Source: Fimicolochytrium jonesii (lineage: Eukaryota). Taken from it: a stretch of DNA of 64,000 nucleotides. Position 1 is the first letter of the stretch; each line of letters starts with the position of its first letter. Under the pieces are notes generated by a model. The model worked only from the letters and a program-made list of their open reading frames with translations, had not been told where the DNA came from and did not search any database. Position numbers and translations under genes: made by a program. The stretch spans positions 186,001 through 250,000 of the forward strand of contig NW_026515670.1 in NCBI RefSeq assembly GCF_025526975.1. The letters run 5' to 3'. Shown here in pieces: positions 1 to 9,585 of the stretch.

Positions 1-290
1 CGAAATCTACCCTTTCAACTGGATCGGTAGGATCCCCTATGGATCTCTCCACACCAATTGAACAGTTTGTTACCGCCGAACCGATTACTCAAGTTCTTTC
101 CCCAAATCTGGATTCTGCAACACCAACACAGAGAGATATCTTCACCGATTCCCCAGCAGTGAGGGCTCCAGAAAATACACCCATTGCGCCAATAAGGAAA
201 AAGAACAGTACACGAACATCTTTACCTCCCGAGAGATTATCTTATGAACACGGCTGGGAACAATCTTCAAAACGGGCACGAAAAGTATAA
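1..290 (+). CDS. 3' end of a hypothetical viral protein (5'-truncated by window)
   Basis: The frame of ORF 39..290 stays open back to position 3 (KSTLSTGSVGSP-MDLS...). Basic C-terminus SSKRARKV. Confidence 0.5.
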   Translation, partial: KSTLSTGSVGSPMDLSTPIEQFVTAEPITQVLSPNLDSATPTQRDIFTDSPAVRAPENTPIAPIRKKNSTRTSLPPERLSYEHGWEQSSKRARKV

Positions 291-544
291 GATAAAAAGA
301 TCATAATTGTATAGAAGGTTATAATTGTAATATTTGAGAATCATAGAGGATTCTGAAATGTACAAAAGCGCATAAGTTTTAAACGATCTTCTTCCCGGCT
401 CGTCGAGCAAGGATAAATGGAAGCAATTGTGGAGGGATTACACCTTTTTTCGGTTTTCCAGATTTAGTTCTAGCAGGAATGCGAACTGGTTTCAAAACCT
501 TTTGTTTTCTCGGCATTGGTTTCTACTATATGATTAGAAGATTT

Positions 545-1768
545 TTATACAACATCGACGGTTGCTCCAATCAAGATGGTGCGTTGAGCATAGACGGTTG
601 TTTGCAATGAAACACTGGTACTCGGGGCCGGGAGATTGTGATTTGTGATTAGATGTACGTTTCCGGAGCCTCCGAGTAGGTTCAAAGCGCTACTGGAATC
701 TTCATCTGCGCTTTGCCACGAATAACGCATTACGAACTGTTTGTTGTAAAAGTTATCGAGGTCCAAGTCTTCAGAGGCGTATGATGTATTATCATTCATG
801 GAGAGGTTGCCTATCATAACCGTATCTTCTACCTGGAAATCTTCGGTTAAAGGTAATCTATATTGTCCTATCTGATACCTCCATGACTTCAAGTTGGCTG
901 TATCATAAATCAAACTTTTGTCCCCTGATGTAGTGGCGTATTTATTATCGTCTCTAAACCTATGTGTTAATCCGACAATCCGGCCGTTTGTGAGTGGGAG
1001 AATCCAGTTGTTTTGAGACGAACCACTACAGACATTTGAGAGTTGTTGAACACCTACTACATCCATTTCGAGATACTTCCCTGCCCGAATTCCGGACCAC
1101 AATGCGGACATATAAGCGGCACTCGGGACCACAAGTTGTGCTACATAACGAAGATTTGAAACTTCAAAGTATACTCCGGAACCAACATTGCTAAACGCTT
1201 GCTGCGGTGTGTTTAAAGTGAATGTCAATTCCACCAATTGATTCGGCAAAATCGCTAGTGGAATCGGGTTTCCGTTCAAATTTCTCATGGACCCTGCCAA
1301 CAAATGGTGTTTGAATGTGAAAGTTCCGTTGGGATTTTTGAACGCATCCGGGTTACCTGCTCCTTCGTTATATTTCAAATATTTTCGTTTCTCAGCCTCC
1401 ACAAACTGGAGAGTGTCCGCAACAAAACTTGGTACATCTTCAATTTCGTCAACAACTTTTCCGCCAAATCGCACGTTCATCGTTCGGAAGCAAGCCATTG
1501 CACCGATTTGAGAAATCTGCGCATCCGTGACGGGGCTTCCATCCGCATTTTTCACAGAGATGGTTCCCGATAGATACGAGCGTTGAGGTCTCAAAAAGGA
1601 ACTATTGGAATCAACTACGATTTTTATAGCATTTCCAGGTGATTTTGAACTAAACGTCTCCTTGATTGGGCGATAAATCGCAATATTTTCGCTGAGAGCG
1701 TCTGAATGCATCGAAAATTGTCTGCTACTATAGATCCAGTTTGAAGGAACAACGGGATTTGTTGACAT
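545..1768 (-). CDS. Major capsid protein, PLV-type (putative double jelly-roll)
   Basis: 407 aa, beta-strand rich. PLV-MCP-like patterns IKIVVD..FLRPQRSYLSGTISV, GAMACFRTMNVRFGGKVVDEI and PIPLAIL..VELTFTL. Clustered with a penton and an ATPase. Confidence 0.8.
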   Translation of the reverse strand: MSTNPVVPSNWIYSSRQFSMHSDALSENIAIYRPIKETFSSKSPGNAIKIVVDSNSSFLRPQRSYLSGTISVKNADGSPVTDAQISQIGAMACFRTMNVRFGGKVVDEIEDVPSFVADTLQFVEAEKRKYLKYNEGAGNPDAFKNPNGTFTFKHHLLAGSMRNLNGNPIPLAILPNQLVELTFTLNTPQQAFSNVGSGVYFEVSNLRYVAQLVVPSAAYMSALWSGIRAGKYLEMDVVGVQQLSNVCSGSSQNNWILPLTNGRIVGLTHRFRDDNKYATTSGDKSLIYDTANLKSWRYQIGQYRLPLTEDFQVEDTVMIGNLSMNDNTSYASEDLDLDNFYNKQFVMRYSWQSADEDSSSALNLLGGSGNVHLITNHNLPAPSTSVSLQTTVYAQRTILIGATVDVV

Positions 1769-1823
1769 TATTTTTAGTTATAATGGTTTAACATATCTCT
1801 AAGAAAAAAATAATCAACGTCCA

Positions 1824-2294
1824 TCAACGTCCGCCAAAGATTCCCATATACGGATCATCATCTGCTTCGGGAGGATCGAATTCTACAAACGTGTTTTCCT
1901 CCACAGAGTCGTCTTTGTACGCAGCAGGTTGAAGCGCTTTGGGCATTCGATTGATTTTTGCTATACGCTCTTGTCGCTTTTGTTCAGCAATTTTCTTTTT
2001 TTCCGCTTCATATTTCTCAATTATCTTTCTTGCTTCGTCTTTTTTAGATTCTTTTGCCCTTTTCTCTTGCTCCTTTTCCTGCTCTTTATCTACTTTCTCT
2101 TTGATTTCCTTCATCTTCTTCAAGTTCTCGGTACGTTTCTCTTGCGCTCGACGCATCGCTTCGATCTGTTTTTCAGATCGCGGTTTTTTGACCTTCACCT
2201 TTTCAATAACAGCCTCGGTGATCGGGTCGTCAACAATGGGTTTTTCTTCCTGAACAGAGGGGTTTTCAGTAGATGCGCTTTCGTTTTCTGACAT
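1824..2294 (-). CDS. Small K/E-rich coiled-coil viral protein (possible DNA-binding or core protein)
   Basis: First ATG at 2294 (MSENE). KKPRSEKQIEAMRRAQEKR segment. Lies between the capsid genes. Confidence 0.65.
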   Translation of the reverse strand: MSENESASTENPSVQEEKPIVDDPITEAVIEKVKVKKPRSEKQIEAMRRAQEKRTENLKKMKEIKEKVDKEQEKEQEKRAKESKKDEARKIIEKYEAEKKKIAEQKRQERIAKINRMPKALQPAAYKDDSVEENTFVEFDPPEADDDPYMGIFGGR

Positions 2295-2335
2295 TTTGTT
2301 CAATGTTTTACTGTACAGAAGAGAAAAAAAATTCG

Positions 2336-3085
2336 TTATACAACGAGATCACTAGGATCATCATAGATTCCCAAATGAATTGTTATTGGAGCGGATGTTC
2401 TCACAACTTGCAACGATGCGCTATCGACAATCTGGAAGTCAATTTGATTGATTGTTAGATCTTCGGCTCGATGAAAGTTGTCACTCGGGTTGACCCATGT
2501 CAAGATATCTCCATACGAATCAGGATTGATCGCCGCTAAACAATTGATGTCCGAGTCAATACCAGCCGGATAAAGAATCGCTCCATTTGTCTGTAGAGTC
2601 CTTGAAGTTATTAGAATTGGTTGTGACGCCGACAGATTGAGTGTGTTTGGAAATGTTATACTTGATCCGTATCCGGTTTCATTCACCTTATCGATCCCAA
2701 GTTGCAGAAAAGCGCTTGAACCACGGGATCCTCCAAGGATCTTGAACGTTTTACTTCCAGAGGTTGAAACAGTTAGTCGTCGAGTCACTCCATCGTAAGA
2801 AACACTGTACGGTTGTGAGCCCGCTGCAGTCATCGCGCTTCCAAGAGCACCCAAAACGTTTGTTGAGTCATAGGTCCCTTCGGGCAAAGTCGCTTTTCTT
2901 AAAGTCGTAGATCCCGACTCTGCAAAAACAACCGCGTTGTTAAAATCCGATGTCGCACGCCATGACTGCAGTAGAGATACCGAAATCAGTCTCCAGGCAT
3001 AGCACGGGACGGTATTTTGAAGACGAAATGTACAATTATTCATATCTGGTAACGTACCAGAATTGAGGATAATCTCTCGAAACAT
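2336..3085 (-). CDS. Minor capsid (penton) protein
   Basis: 249 aa. IILNS, LISVSL, NNAVVFAE, LPEGTYD, YSVSYDGVTRRLTV and C-terminal INQIDFQIVD match Polinton/PLV penton patterns. Confidence 0.75.
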   Translation of the reverse strand: MFREIILNSGTLPDMNNCTFRLQNTVPCYAWRLISVSLLQSWRATSDFNNAVVFAESGSTTLRKATLPEGTYDSTNVLGALGSAMTAAGSQPYSVSYDGVTRRLTVSTSGSKTFKILGGSRGSSAFLQLGIDKVNETGYGSSITFPNTLNLSASQPILITSRTLQTNGAILYPAGIDSDINCLAAINPDSYGDILTWVNPSDNFHRAEDLTINQIDFQIVDSASLQVVRTSAPITIHLGIYDDPSDLVV

Positions 3086-3140
3086 CGATTTCTTATCTTT
3101 TGTATAATGTAAAGAGATTAATTTTACGAGTGCGCTAAAT

Positions 3141-3875
3141 ATGAGAATTGCTAAACCAAAAATTCCTTATGAATATCAGATACACATAAAGGACAAGACG
3201 CCCGATGACTATCCGAAGAAATTCTTCACTTTGACTCTAGTCGGGAGTTCAAGAGCAGGGAAAACTACCTGTATTATCAATCTCATCCAGAATTGTGCAA
3301 AAGCGTATGAAAATGTTGTGGTTTTCTCTCCAAGCGCTGACTCGCCGGAATGGACCAGTTTGAAGAAATGCGATAATGTGTACATGTCCAGCATTGTGTC
3401 GAATCACATACTCAACAACCTTTTCGAGAAGCAGAAAAGTCTTTACAAACAAGATAAATGCAAAAATCATATGCTGTTAATTCTGGATGATTTTGGTATC
3501 CTTGCAAAAGAAAACGGCCCCGCAATTGGAAAGGAACCTAAAGAACCCGAACTCGTATCGAGCGGTATAAGACAGATGTTAGACTTATTGTACTCCAGGG
3601 CGAGACATAATGGGATGTCCGTTCTCTGTTCTCTTCATGATACGAAACAATTGACTCCGCTCCAACGAGTCAACAGCACTCATTGGATATTGTATCGACT
3701 TAATCAGAAACAGTACGAGAAGATTGCGGGTGAGTTTCGCTGTCATTTGTCCGAGTCGGAGTTTGTAGATTTAGCCGAGAGATATACTGTCAATCCTTAC
3801 CATGCGCTCTACGTCGATTTGAAAAGCCCGACAAACGAAGGGGTCTTTAAACAATTGCAACCAGAAACGCATTAA
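3141..3875 (+). CDS. A32/FtsK-HerA-type genome packaging ATPase
   Basis: Walker A LVGSSRAGKTT, Walker B LLILDD, and SRARH arginine-finger motif followed by a hydrophobic strand. Confidence 0.9.
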   Translation: MRIAKPKIPYEYQIHIKDKTPDDYPKKFFTLTLVGSSRAGKTTCIINLIQNCAKAYENVVVFSPSADSPEWTSLKKCDNVYMSSIVSNHILNNLFEKQKSLYKQDKCKNHMLLILDDFGILAKENGPAIGKEPKEPELVSSGIRQMLDLLYSRARHNGMSVLCSLHDTKQLTPLQRVNSTHWILYRLNQKQYEKIAGEFRCHLSESEFVDLAERYTVNPYHALYVDLKSPTNEGVFKQLQPETH

Positions 3876-3903
3876 AGAAAAAATTGTGGACTAAAAGTAT
3901 AAG

Positions 3904-4125
3904 ATGATTGATAACATTTTCTATTTGCCAAATTCGCTAACCAAAGAATCGTTCGACAAACTTATAGAAGACCTATCACAGGATAGGCTTTGGTTAGACA
4001 TGCGGGAGGACGTAAGGACGAGAACTTTACAGCAATGTAAGGAAGAAATAGTTGTGAATATCGTTCAGTCGCATTTGGACAAGCAAGTTCCAGTTAAAAC
4101 TCCAAGAAGAAAAAAGGCCGCTTGA
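3904..4125 (+). CDS. Hypothetical small viral protein
   Basis: 73-aa ATG ORF filling the intergenic gap. Basic NLS-like tail PRRKK. Confidence 0.45.
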   Translation: MIDNIFYLPNSLTKESFDKLIEDLSQDRLWLDMREDVRTRTLQQCKEEIVVNIVQSHLDKQVPVKTPRRKKAA

Positions 4126-4350
4126 AGATTTACGTCCCGAATATGACGTAAAACTATTCTACAAGTTGAGCAACAAAAGACTTCCGCGCGACCAAACTCC
4201 TGAACAAATAATGCCATTTACTATTTGGGTTGTGCTTTTTCAGGTTGATTCGGGCTTTACCTATACAGTTTGACTTCTTAATTGACTGCATCAAGCCCAA
4301 GAAACAGGCCCAGGTATTTTTCTCAATTTTTTACCGAACAATGACAAAAA

Positions 4351-4381
4351 AATTGACCACAACATTAATTTGTGGTCAATT
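4351..4381. repeat. Perfect 12-bp inverted repeat with 7-bp spacer
   Basis: AATTGACCACAA-CATTAAT-TTGTGGTCAATT, ending just upstream of the integrase ATG at 4395. Confidence 0.9.
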
Positions 4382-4394
4382 GGTAAAGAAACTA

Positions 4395-5717
4395 ATGGCT
4401 CCTCCTTTAACCGAAGAGCAATTGAGATTCATCAACGATCTTTACTACAAGAAACATAATATACAGGGTCGGGATAGACTGTTTTTTCTAACTCAAAAAC
4501 TCGGGTCGGACATCTCCAGACGCCAAATAATGGATTACCTGGATAAGCAAGAAATCCATCAGAAATTCACTCGTCCGCTCCGATTTACTGGCGTCAGAGC
4601 GATTGTCTCTACCAAGCATGGATCTTTCCAAGCGGATACTTTAGCAATGGAAAGTGAGAGTTATCGAGGTTTCACGGCAATCTTTTCAATGATAGATACT
4701 TTCAGTAGAAAGTTATACGCGAAGCCGATACGTACAAAATCCGCTGCCGAATGTACCCGAGTCCTCCGAGAGATTCTCGCACAAAATCCCAATATTGTCT
4801 TTAATCGATTGCAAACCGATAACGGAACCGAGCTCCAAAATGTTTTTCCAGAACTTCTTCGGGAGCAAGGAGTGCGACATGATGTCTCTCGTCCGGGTCA
4901 ACCGTTTTCTAACGGACTTATAGAAAGAAGCAATTTTGCGGTACGAAAAGCATGCGTAACTTATATGGAAACGACGGGGAAAAGAGATTGGCCAGACATG
5001 CTAGACAAACTGGTCGATAATTTGAACAATACATTCAACAGTACAACAAGAAAAAGTCCAAACGAACTGGAGGAAACCGCTGCAGATTCGGAAATTCATA
5101 AACAGGCTGGGGAGAACATTATAGACAGAGCAAATAGATCAGTACAAACTCGTGGAGCAACCTTGCTCCATGAGGGCGACAAAGTTCGTAGAGTACTCCA
5201 ATATTCTGGAAGCGGTATCAAGAAAGCGTCGCGGCTCGGATATTTCGACATAAACAATTTGTATGAAGTGACATCCGTTGTTCAAAGTCCTTACCCGAAC
5301 GCGTTACCGAGTTATAAACTTAAAGACGCAAACGGAACCATACTCAAAGGATTGTCGTCGCGAGCGCAACTTCTTAAAGTTCCGTTCAGTGATCATCGGA
5401 TCGATGGGAGACAAATGTTAAACGAAGACGACAACAGTCAACCTGGTGGAGCAGATGGTGGAGCAGATGCTCCGGCAAACATAGAAGAAGACGAGGAAGA
5501 ACAGCCTTCCAGACGTTCGGGACGAATCAATAGAGACAGAGAATACGAAGTGGAGTACATTATTGATAAAAGAAGAGTCAAAGTGGGAAGACGAACATTC
5601 ATTGAATATCTAGTAAAATACAAAGACTATCCTATCGATCAAAGTACTTGGGAACGTGTGAGCAACATAAATGCGCCAGATCTAATTCGAGAATTCGAGA
5701 ATCGTAATAGGCGCTAG
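4395..5717 (+). CDS. Retroviral-type (rve, DDE) integrase with C-terminal chromodomain
   Basis: FQADT, IDTFSRK, LQTDNGTE and NGLIERSN give the DDE core. EYEVEYIIDKR..EYLVKYKDY..STWE is a chromodomain. Likely start is ATG 4395 (MAPPLT). Confidence 0.92.
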   Translation: MAPPLTEEQLRFINDLYYKKHNIQGRDRLFFLTQKLGSDISRRQIMDYLDKQEIHQKFTRPLRFTGVRAIVSTKHGSFQADTLAMESESYRGFTAIFSMIDTFSRKLYAKPIRTKSAAECTRVLREILAQNPNIVFNRLQTDNGTELQNVFPELLREQGVRHDVSRPGQPFSNGLIERSNFAVRKACVTYMETTGKRDWPDMLDKLVDNLNNTFNSTTRKSPNELEETAADSEIHKQAGENIIDRANRSVQTRGATLLHEGDKVRRVLQYSGSGIKKASRLGYFDINNLYEVTSVVQSPYPNALPSYKLKDANGTILKGLSSRAQLLKVPFSDHRIDGRQMLNEDDNSQPGGADGGADAPANIEEDEEEQPSRRSGRINRDREYEVEYIIDKRRVKVGRRTFIEYLVKYKDYPIDQSTWERVSNINAPDLIREFENRNRR

Positions 5718-5723
5718 GTCAAA

Positions 5724-6716
5724 TCATTTCTTGTCAAAGATCAAAGACTTGTATCGATTATAGTATTGTTGATGAACCGAGTAAGTATGATCGAGTCTTT
5801 TCTCAATTTTCCTTTGATATTCCAAGTCGCCATTGTCCTTCTCGCTCAGATAAATACCGAGACTTTGACGAAATCTTGAAACAGTCAAACGGCGCTTTTT
5901 GAACATTTTCTCCATAACATCCGCGAATCTATTCAGAAACCATTCATCTGTTGGATCGCCTCCGTTCTGTTTGCAGAAAAGGTAGTTCTGACCGGCCTTT
6001 TGTCGAGCCTCCATGAGCAATTTCGCGTATTTTTTCCCATTACCTTTCAGATTGATTTCGTGGGAACGACCTGTTTTGTTTGCATCTTTGACGACTATTT
6101 TAGAACAGTCGCTCTCAATGTAAACATCCGCGTTTTGATCGAAACATGTGGTGGAGATATCCCCTCTCAACATTTTATCGCTTGACCAAAATATGATAAG
6201 GGCAACAAGCATTTGATTTTCGATAATATTCTCACTTGTAAGTGTGGAAAGGACTTCTTTGATTTTGCCGACTATTTCAAGAAACGGAACATAGTTTTCA
6301 AGATCCAGTTCGGTCATTTTTTGTTCATCGTTTTCCTTTTGGCGTTTCTCTTTTTCTTCGGGAGAAAGGGACATCTTGGTGAAGTGTTCGAGGATATCCT
6401 CATTGAATTGCTTATCGACCATCTCGTCGCTAAGATCTTTTTCATTATCAAAAAGAATCCGCTTTTCTTTAGCGCTCATATTTCTAAGGACTTTCGAGAG
6501 AAACTTCACTTTATTGGCGCGGGTATGCTTATTCGACCATTTTTTCTCGATTGACGAAAGTAGATCTTTAGGCTTTTTTACAAGATGAAGTTGATCGCTC
6601 AGTACGTTACAGGACGATACCATGGATCTGTGATCCTTATTGCTGTCCTTAATGCGATTGAGGACGCCTAGGCAGAATTTATGGTTGAAAGCGGAGTTTT
6701 GATTGTTGTCTGACAT
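5724..6716 (-). CDS. Tyrosine recombinase (viral type)
   Basis: Catalytic-like residues in the expected order: MLRGD (R), ANKT (K), SRFRQS (xxxR), LDHT (H), HQQYY (Y). Confidence 0.75.
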   Translation of the reverse strand: MSDNNQNSAFNHKFCLGVLNRIKDSNKDHRSMVSSCNVLSDQLHLVKKPKDLLSSIEKKWSNKHTRANKVKFLSKVLRNMSAKEKRILFDNEKDLSDEMVDKQFNEDILEHFTKMSLSPEEKEKRQKENDEQKMTELDLENYVPFLEIVGKIKEVLSTLTSENIIENQMLVALIIFWSSDKMLRGDISTTCFDQNADVYIESDCSKIVVKDANKTGRSHEINLKGNGKKYAKLLMEARQKAGQNYLFCKQNGGDPTDEWFLNRFADVMEKMFKKRRLTVSRFRQSLGIYLSEKDNGDLEYQRKIEKRLDHTYSVHQQYYNRYKSLIFDKK

Positions 6717-6872
6717 TATTCTCTATTATAAACGTGTATATGTTTATACCAGAAAATAGTTCTATGGCCGATATAAAAAATCGGCCTACTTATGCTTAAT
6801 TGGATGTCATCAAAATTACGATCCTATTACAATTAAATTCGGTAAGTTGATATGAATTAAGTCATGATGATG

Positions 6873-8527
6873 TCATGACACATCAAAGTCACCTTTTCCG
6901 TTTTTGGACAAGTCCTTCATTTTCCTCCCAGATAGCAAATCTGTGCGGCCATTCAATTTTGCGATGTAAGTCAATCGCTTCTCGCCCTCTCCCTCGATAA
7001 TGATCTTGACTATGTCGATCAAGAAGTAGATTCTCGAACGGGGCTTTGTGCAATAATGTGGATGCATTTGAGCCCATATAGGATGCGTTACATCTACCCA
7101 AGGGTGGAAATAATCGGCAAGATCCCGGATTTTAACTTGACCCGATTGAGATTCGGTAGTCACATTATCGAGGAACTCGAAAAACCAATCCGTGCGGAAT
7201 CCGTCGATTTCGGAGGGAATTCTTTTGATATTGCTCTCGCCAGACATCTTGTCGTTCAAGATGATAATGTTTTTGTTCATGTCGCCAATTGCATCCGTTA
7301 TGCCATTGAATCCCTTTTTCAATTCTTGCAGAAGCATTTCGGTCATACTCTCATCCCCCAAAACACTGGAATATCCAGTGCTTTTAACCATTGCGCTGCT
7401 AGATGACTCTCCACGATCCACTGGTAACGAGAAGAAGAAAATAACATTCTTGTCAATACAATTCGCGTGATGGAATAGATTGAGTAGGTACAACCTTTGG
7501 ATCGCTTCACGGCAGGAATGAATGTGGCAGGTTGTGCTGGTCGTTTACCCTCACGTCTATCGGCTGCGGCCTTTCTTTTTTGCTCCATTCTTTCCTGTTT
7601 CATCCGTTTTGCAGCAGCGCGATCTTGAGCCAGCCTTTCCCTTTTCTCTTCTTTTTTCTTCTGCTTTTCATGAATTCTTCGCATTTGTTCCTCCAGTGAC
7701 AATCCAGACCCATTCTCGTTGTCACTCAAATCTTCGTCGTCAATGTCATCTTTGCTATCATCATCACCATCATCTTCGGAATCGGAATCGGTGGGTGATC
7801 CACGAGATTGCCGCGAGGGGTACTTATTATCGCCAGAAGGTTCAATAGACACTTGACGTGAATTCTTTTTCACTGTTTGCTGCTTGGGAGGTGATAAATG
7901 ACGACTACTTTCTGGGTTTTCGTACTCCGGTCGGTTCATGCCAGTAGCATCGTTGTCCGAATTATCATCCGAAGTGCTCACATACGGTTTGCTGAACACG
8001 GATTTGCTTCCACGACGTTTACGAGGAGTTGACTGACCACTCCGTTGTTCCCCTTCACTGTTCCTTCTGGAAGATATCTTCTCCTTTTCAACTTTGTTTT
8101 CCAACTCTTTCATCTTCTCCTTCGCTTTCTGAATCTTTTCGAATGCTTTCCGTTCCCTGGCTGCGATTTGTTCTTGCATTTTCTTTAGTTGTTCGTCCGC
8201 AGTGCGCCTTTTCCTTTTGGCTTTGCCGGATTGATGGTTTGTATCTTCCGTACTCGCAATCTCAGCAGGTGCAGGTTCGGTTATTTTGACAGAATTGTTT
8301 GTCCCCGCAATCTCAGCAGGTGCAGGTTCGGTTATTTTGACAGAATTGTTTGTCCCTGTTAAAAGGACATTTTGCTCGGTATGAGATTCCGTGGAAAGCA
8401 GTTCATTTTTGTCGATTCCAATTGCTACAAACCGCAACAAAAAATCGTGAGTATAACCTGGGATCAAAGTATCTCGAAATTTGCGATTCTTACAATCTGT
8501 TTCGTCGTGTCCTTCTCTGAACGACAT
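6873..8527 (-). CDS. Two-exon viral protein (~526 aa): low-complexity/coiled-coil region plus C-terminal winged-helix-like domain; predicted intron 7421..7494
   Basis: ORFs 7343..8662 and 6873..7493 are joined in frame (KRSK-V-DRGESS) by a GT..AG segment with a TTGAC branch-like site and a pyrimidine tract. First in-frame ATG is at 8527. Confidence 0.65.
8255..8356. repeat. 51-bp tandem duplication inside a viral CDS
   Basis: Two adjacent copies encoding GTNNSVKITEPAPAEIA twice on the minus strand. Confidence 0.95.
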
Positions 8528-8793
8528 TGATAGAGTTACAGGTATTGATGTTTGTGGAATGTCCAGTTCGGTGTTTATTCCAGTCTCGTTTCTCAAATCC
8601 ACCCGGTGAATCTTCCAAGAAACTGAATGATTTCCGCAGCGACCTGGTATTACTTTAAACACGAAACGCGCTCTCTGTCCACATTACATTCGGACGGTGA
8701 ATGCGAGCGACACTAAGACGTACGCTTTTCCTTTCTCGAATCCACTTTCAAAGTTGGATATTGCACTTTCCGATAAGCATTACTGCATTCAAA

Positions 8794-9018
8794 ATGGATA
8801 ATATCCCTACATACAGTCCCAGCGTAAAAGCGCTCACAAACGATACCGAATCGCTTGCAGCAAATATCGGCGAACTTCTGGAATCCGACAATTTAAGTGA
8901 AGATGTTCGCTTTCATTTGGAATCCTTTCGAGTTCACTTAACGGAACACCTTGCAAAGGCCCAAGCCTTGTCGGTTTCTTGGGACAAGATCTTGGAACTT
9001 GCGTCCAAAAAATGGTAA
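8794..9018 (+). CDS. Hypothetical small helical viral protein
   Basis: ATG in an A-rich context (AAAATG), 74 aa, amphipathic. Confidence 0.5.
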   Translation: MDNIPTYSPSVKALTNDTESLAANIGELLESDNLSEDVRFHLESFRVHLTEHLAKAQALSVSWDKILELASKKW

Positions 9019-9077
9019 AATTGCGTTTGCTCATTATTTAAAGCAATCGACAGAGTAACTTATAACTTCTTTTTATT

Positions 9078-9281
9078 ATGCCCAGAGAAACGATCCGTGG
9101 ACGGCCTATGAAGCACCCGTCAAATGGAAGACCCCTCATTCCACCGAGAACACGAAAATGCAAGGAAGAAACTTGCAATGAAATTATTCCATTTCAACCC
9201 AGACGGATGTACTGTTTAACCCATTTCATGAAAAAAATTGAACTCCCAGTTGGGTTTCAACTTGAACCGGATAGCGATTGA
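9078..9281 (+). CDS. Small zinc-binding protein
   Basis: CKEETC...YCLTH (C-x4-C...C-x2-H) with a basic N-terminus. Confidence 0.5.
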   Translation: MPRETIRGRPMKHPSNGRPLIPPRTRKCKEETCNEIIPFQPRRMYCLTHFMKKIELPVGFQLEPDSD

Positions 9282-9286
9282 TGTTC

Positions 9287-9517
9287 TCACCCGTTGTCCA
9301 CCTTTTTCACCTTCCGAGTAATGGAGATGTTTCTTGCAGATCGGCATGTTGGTTTTCGAGCGATAATGTCCAGAACTGTACATTGGCACAGATTCAGTTT
9401 CTTTGCCAAGTCGCGAAGGCTCTTTCCATCGATTTGTTTAATTTCTCCGTCATAAAAGGATATGTCCGCTGTATATGTGAACGGACTAAGCATTTCCGAT
9501 GTTGCTTTATTAATCAA
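9287..9517 (-). CDS. Small helix-turn-helix (NUMOD1-like) DNA-binding protein
   Basis: KSLRDLAKKLNLCQCTVLDII HTH pattern. Divergent from the polymerase-helicase gene. Confidence 0.5.
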   Translation of the reverse strand: MINKATSEMLSPFTYTADISFYDGEIKQIDGKSLRDLAKKLNLCQCTVLDIIARKPTCRSARNISITRKVKKVDNG

Positions 9518-9585
9518 GATAAATATTATGAAATCACCTGCGTTTAAATGCCATTTAAAGTATTGATTGTATTAAGAATAAAGCA

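Noticed and set aside
4230..4394. N-terminal extension of the integrase given in the ORF track
   Set aside because: It starts at a TTG, reads as low-quality sequence and spans the inverted repeat. ATG 4395 is more plausible.
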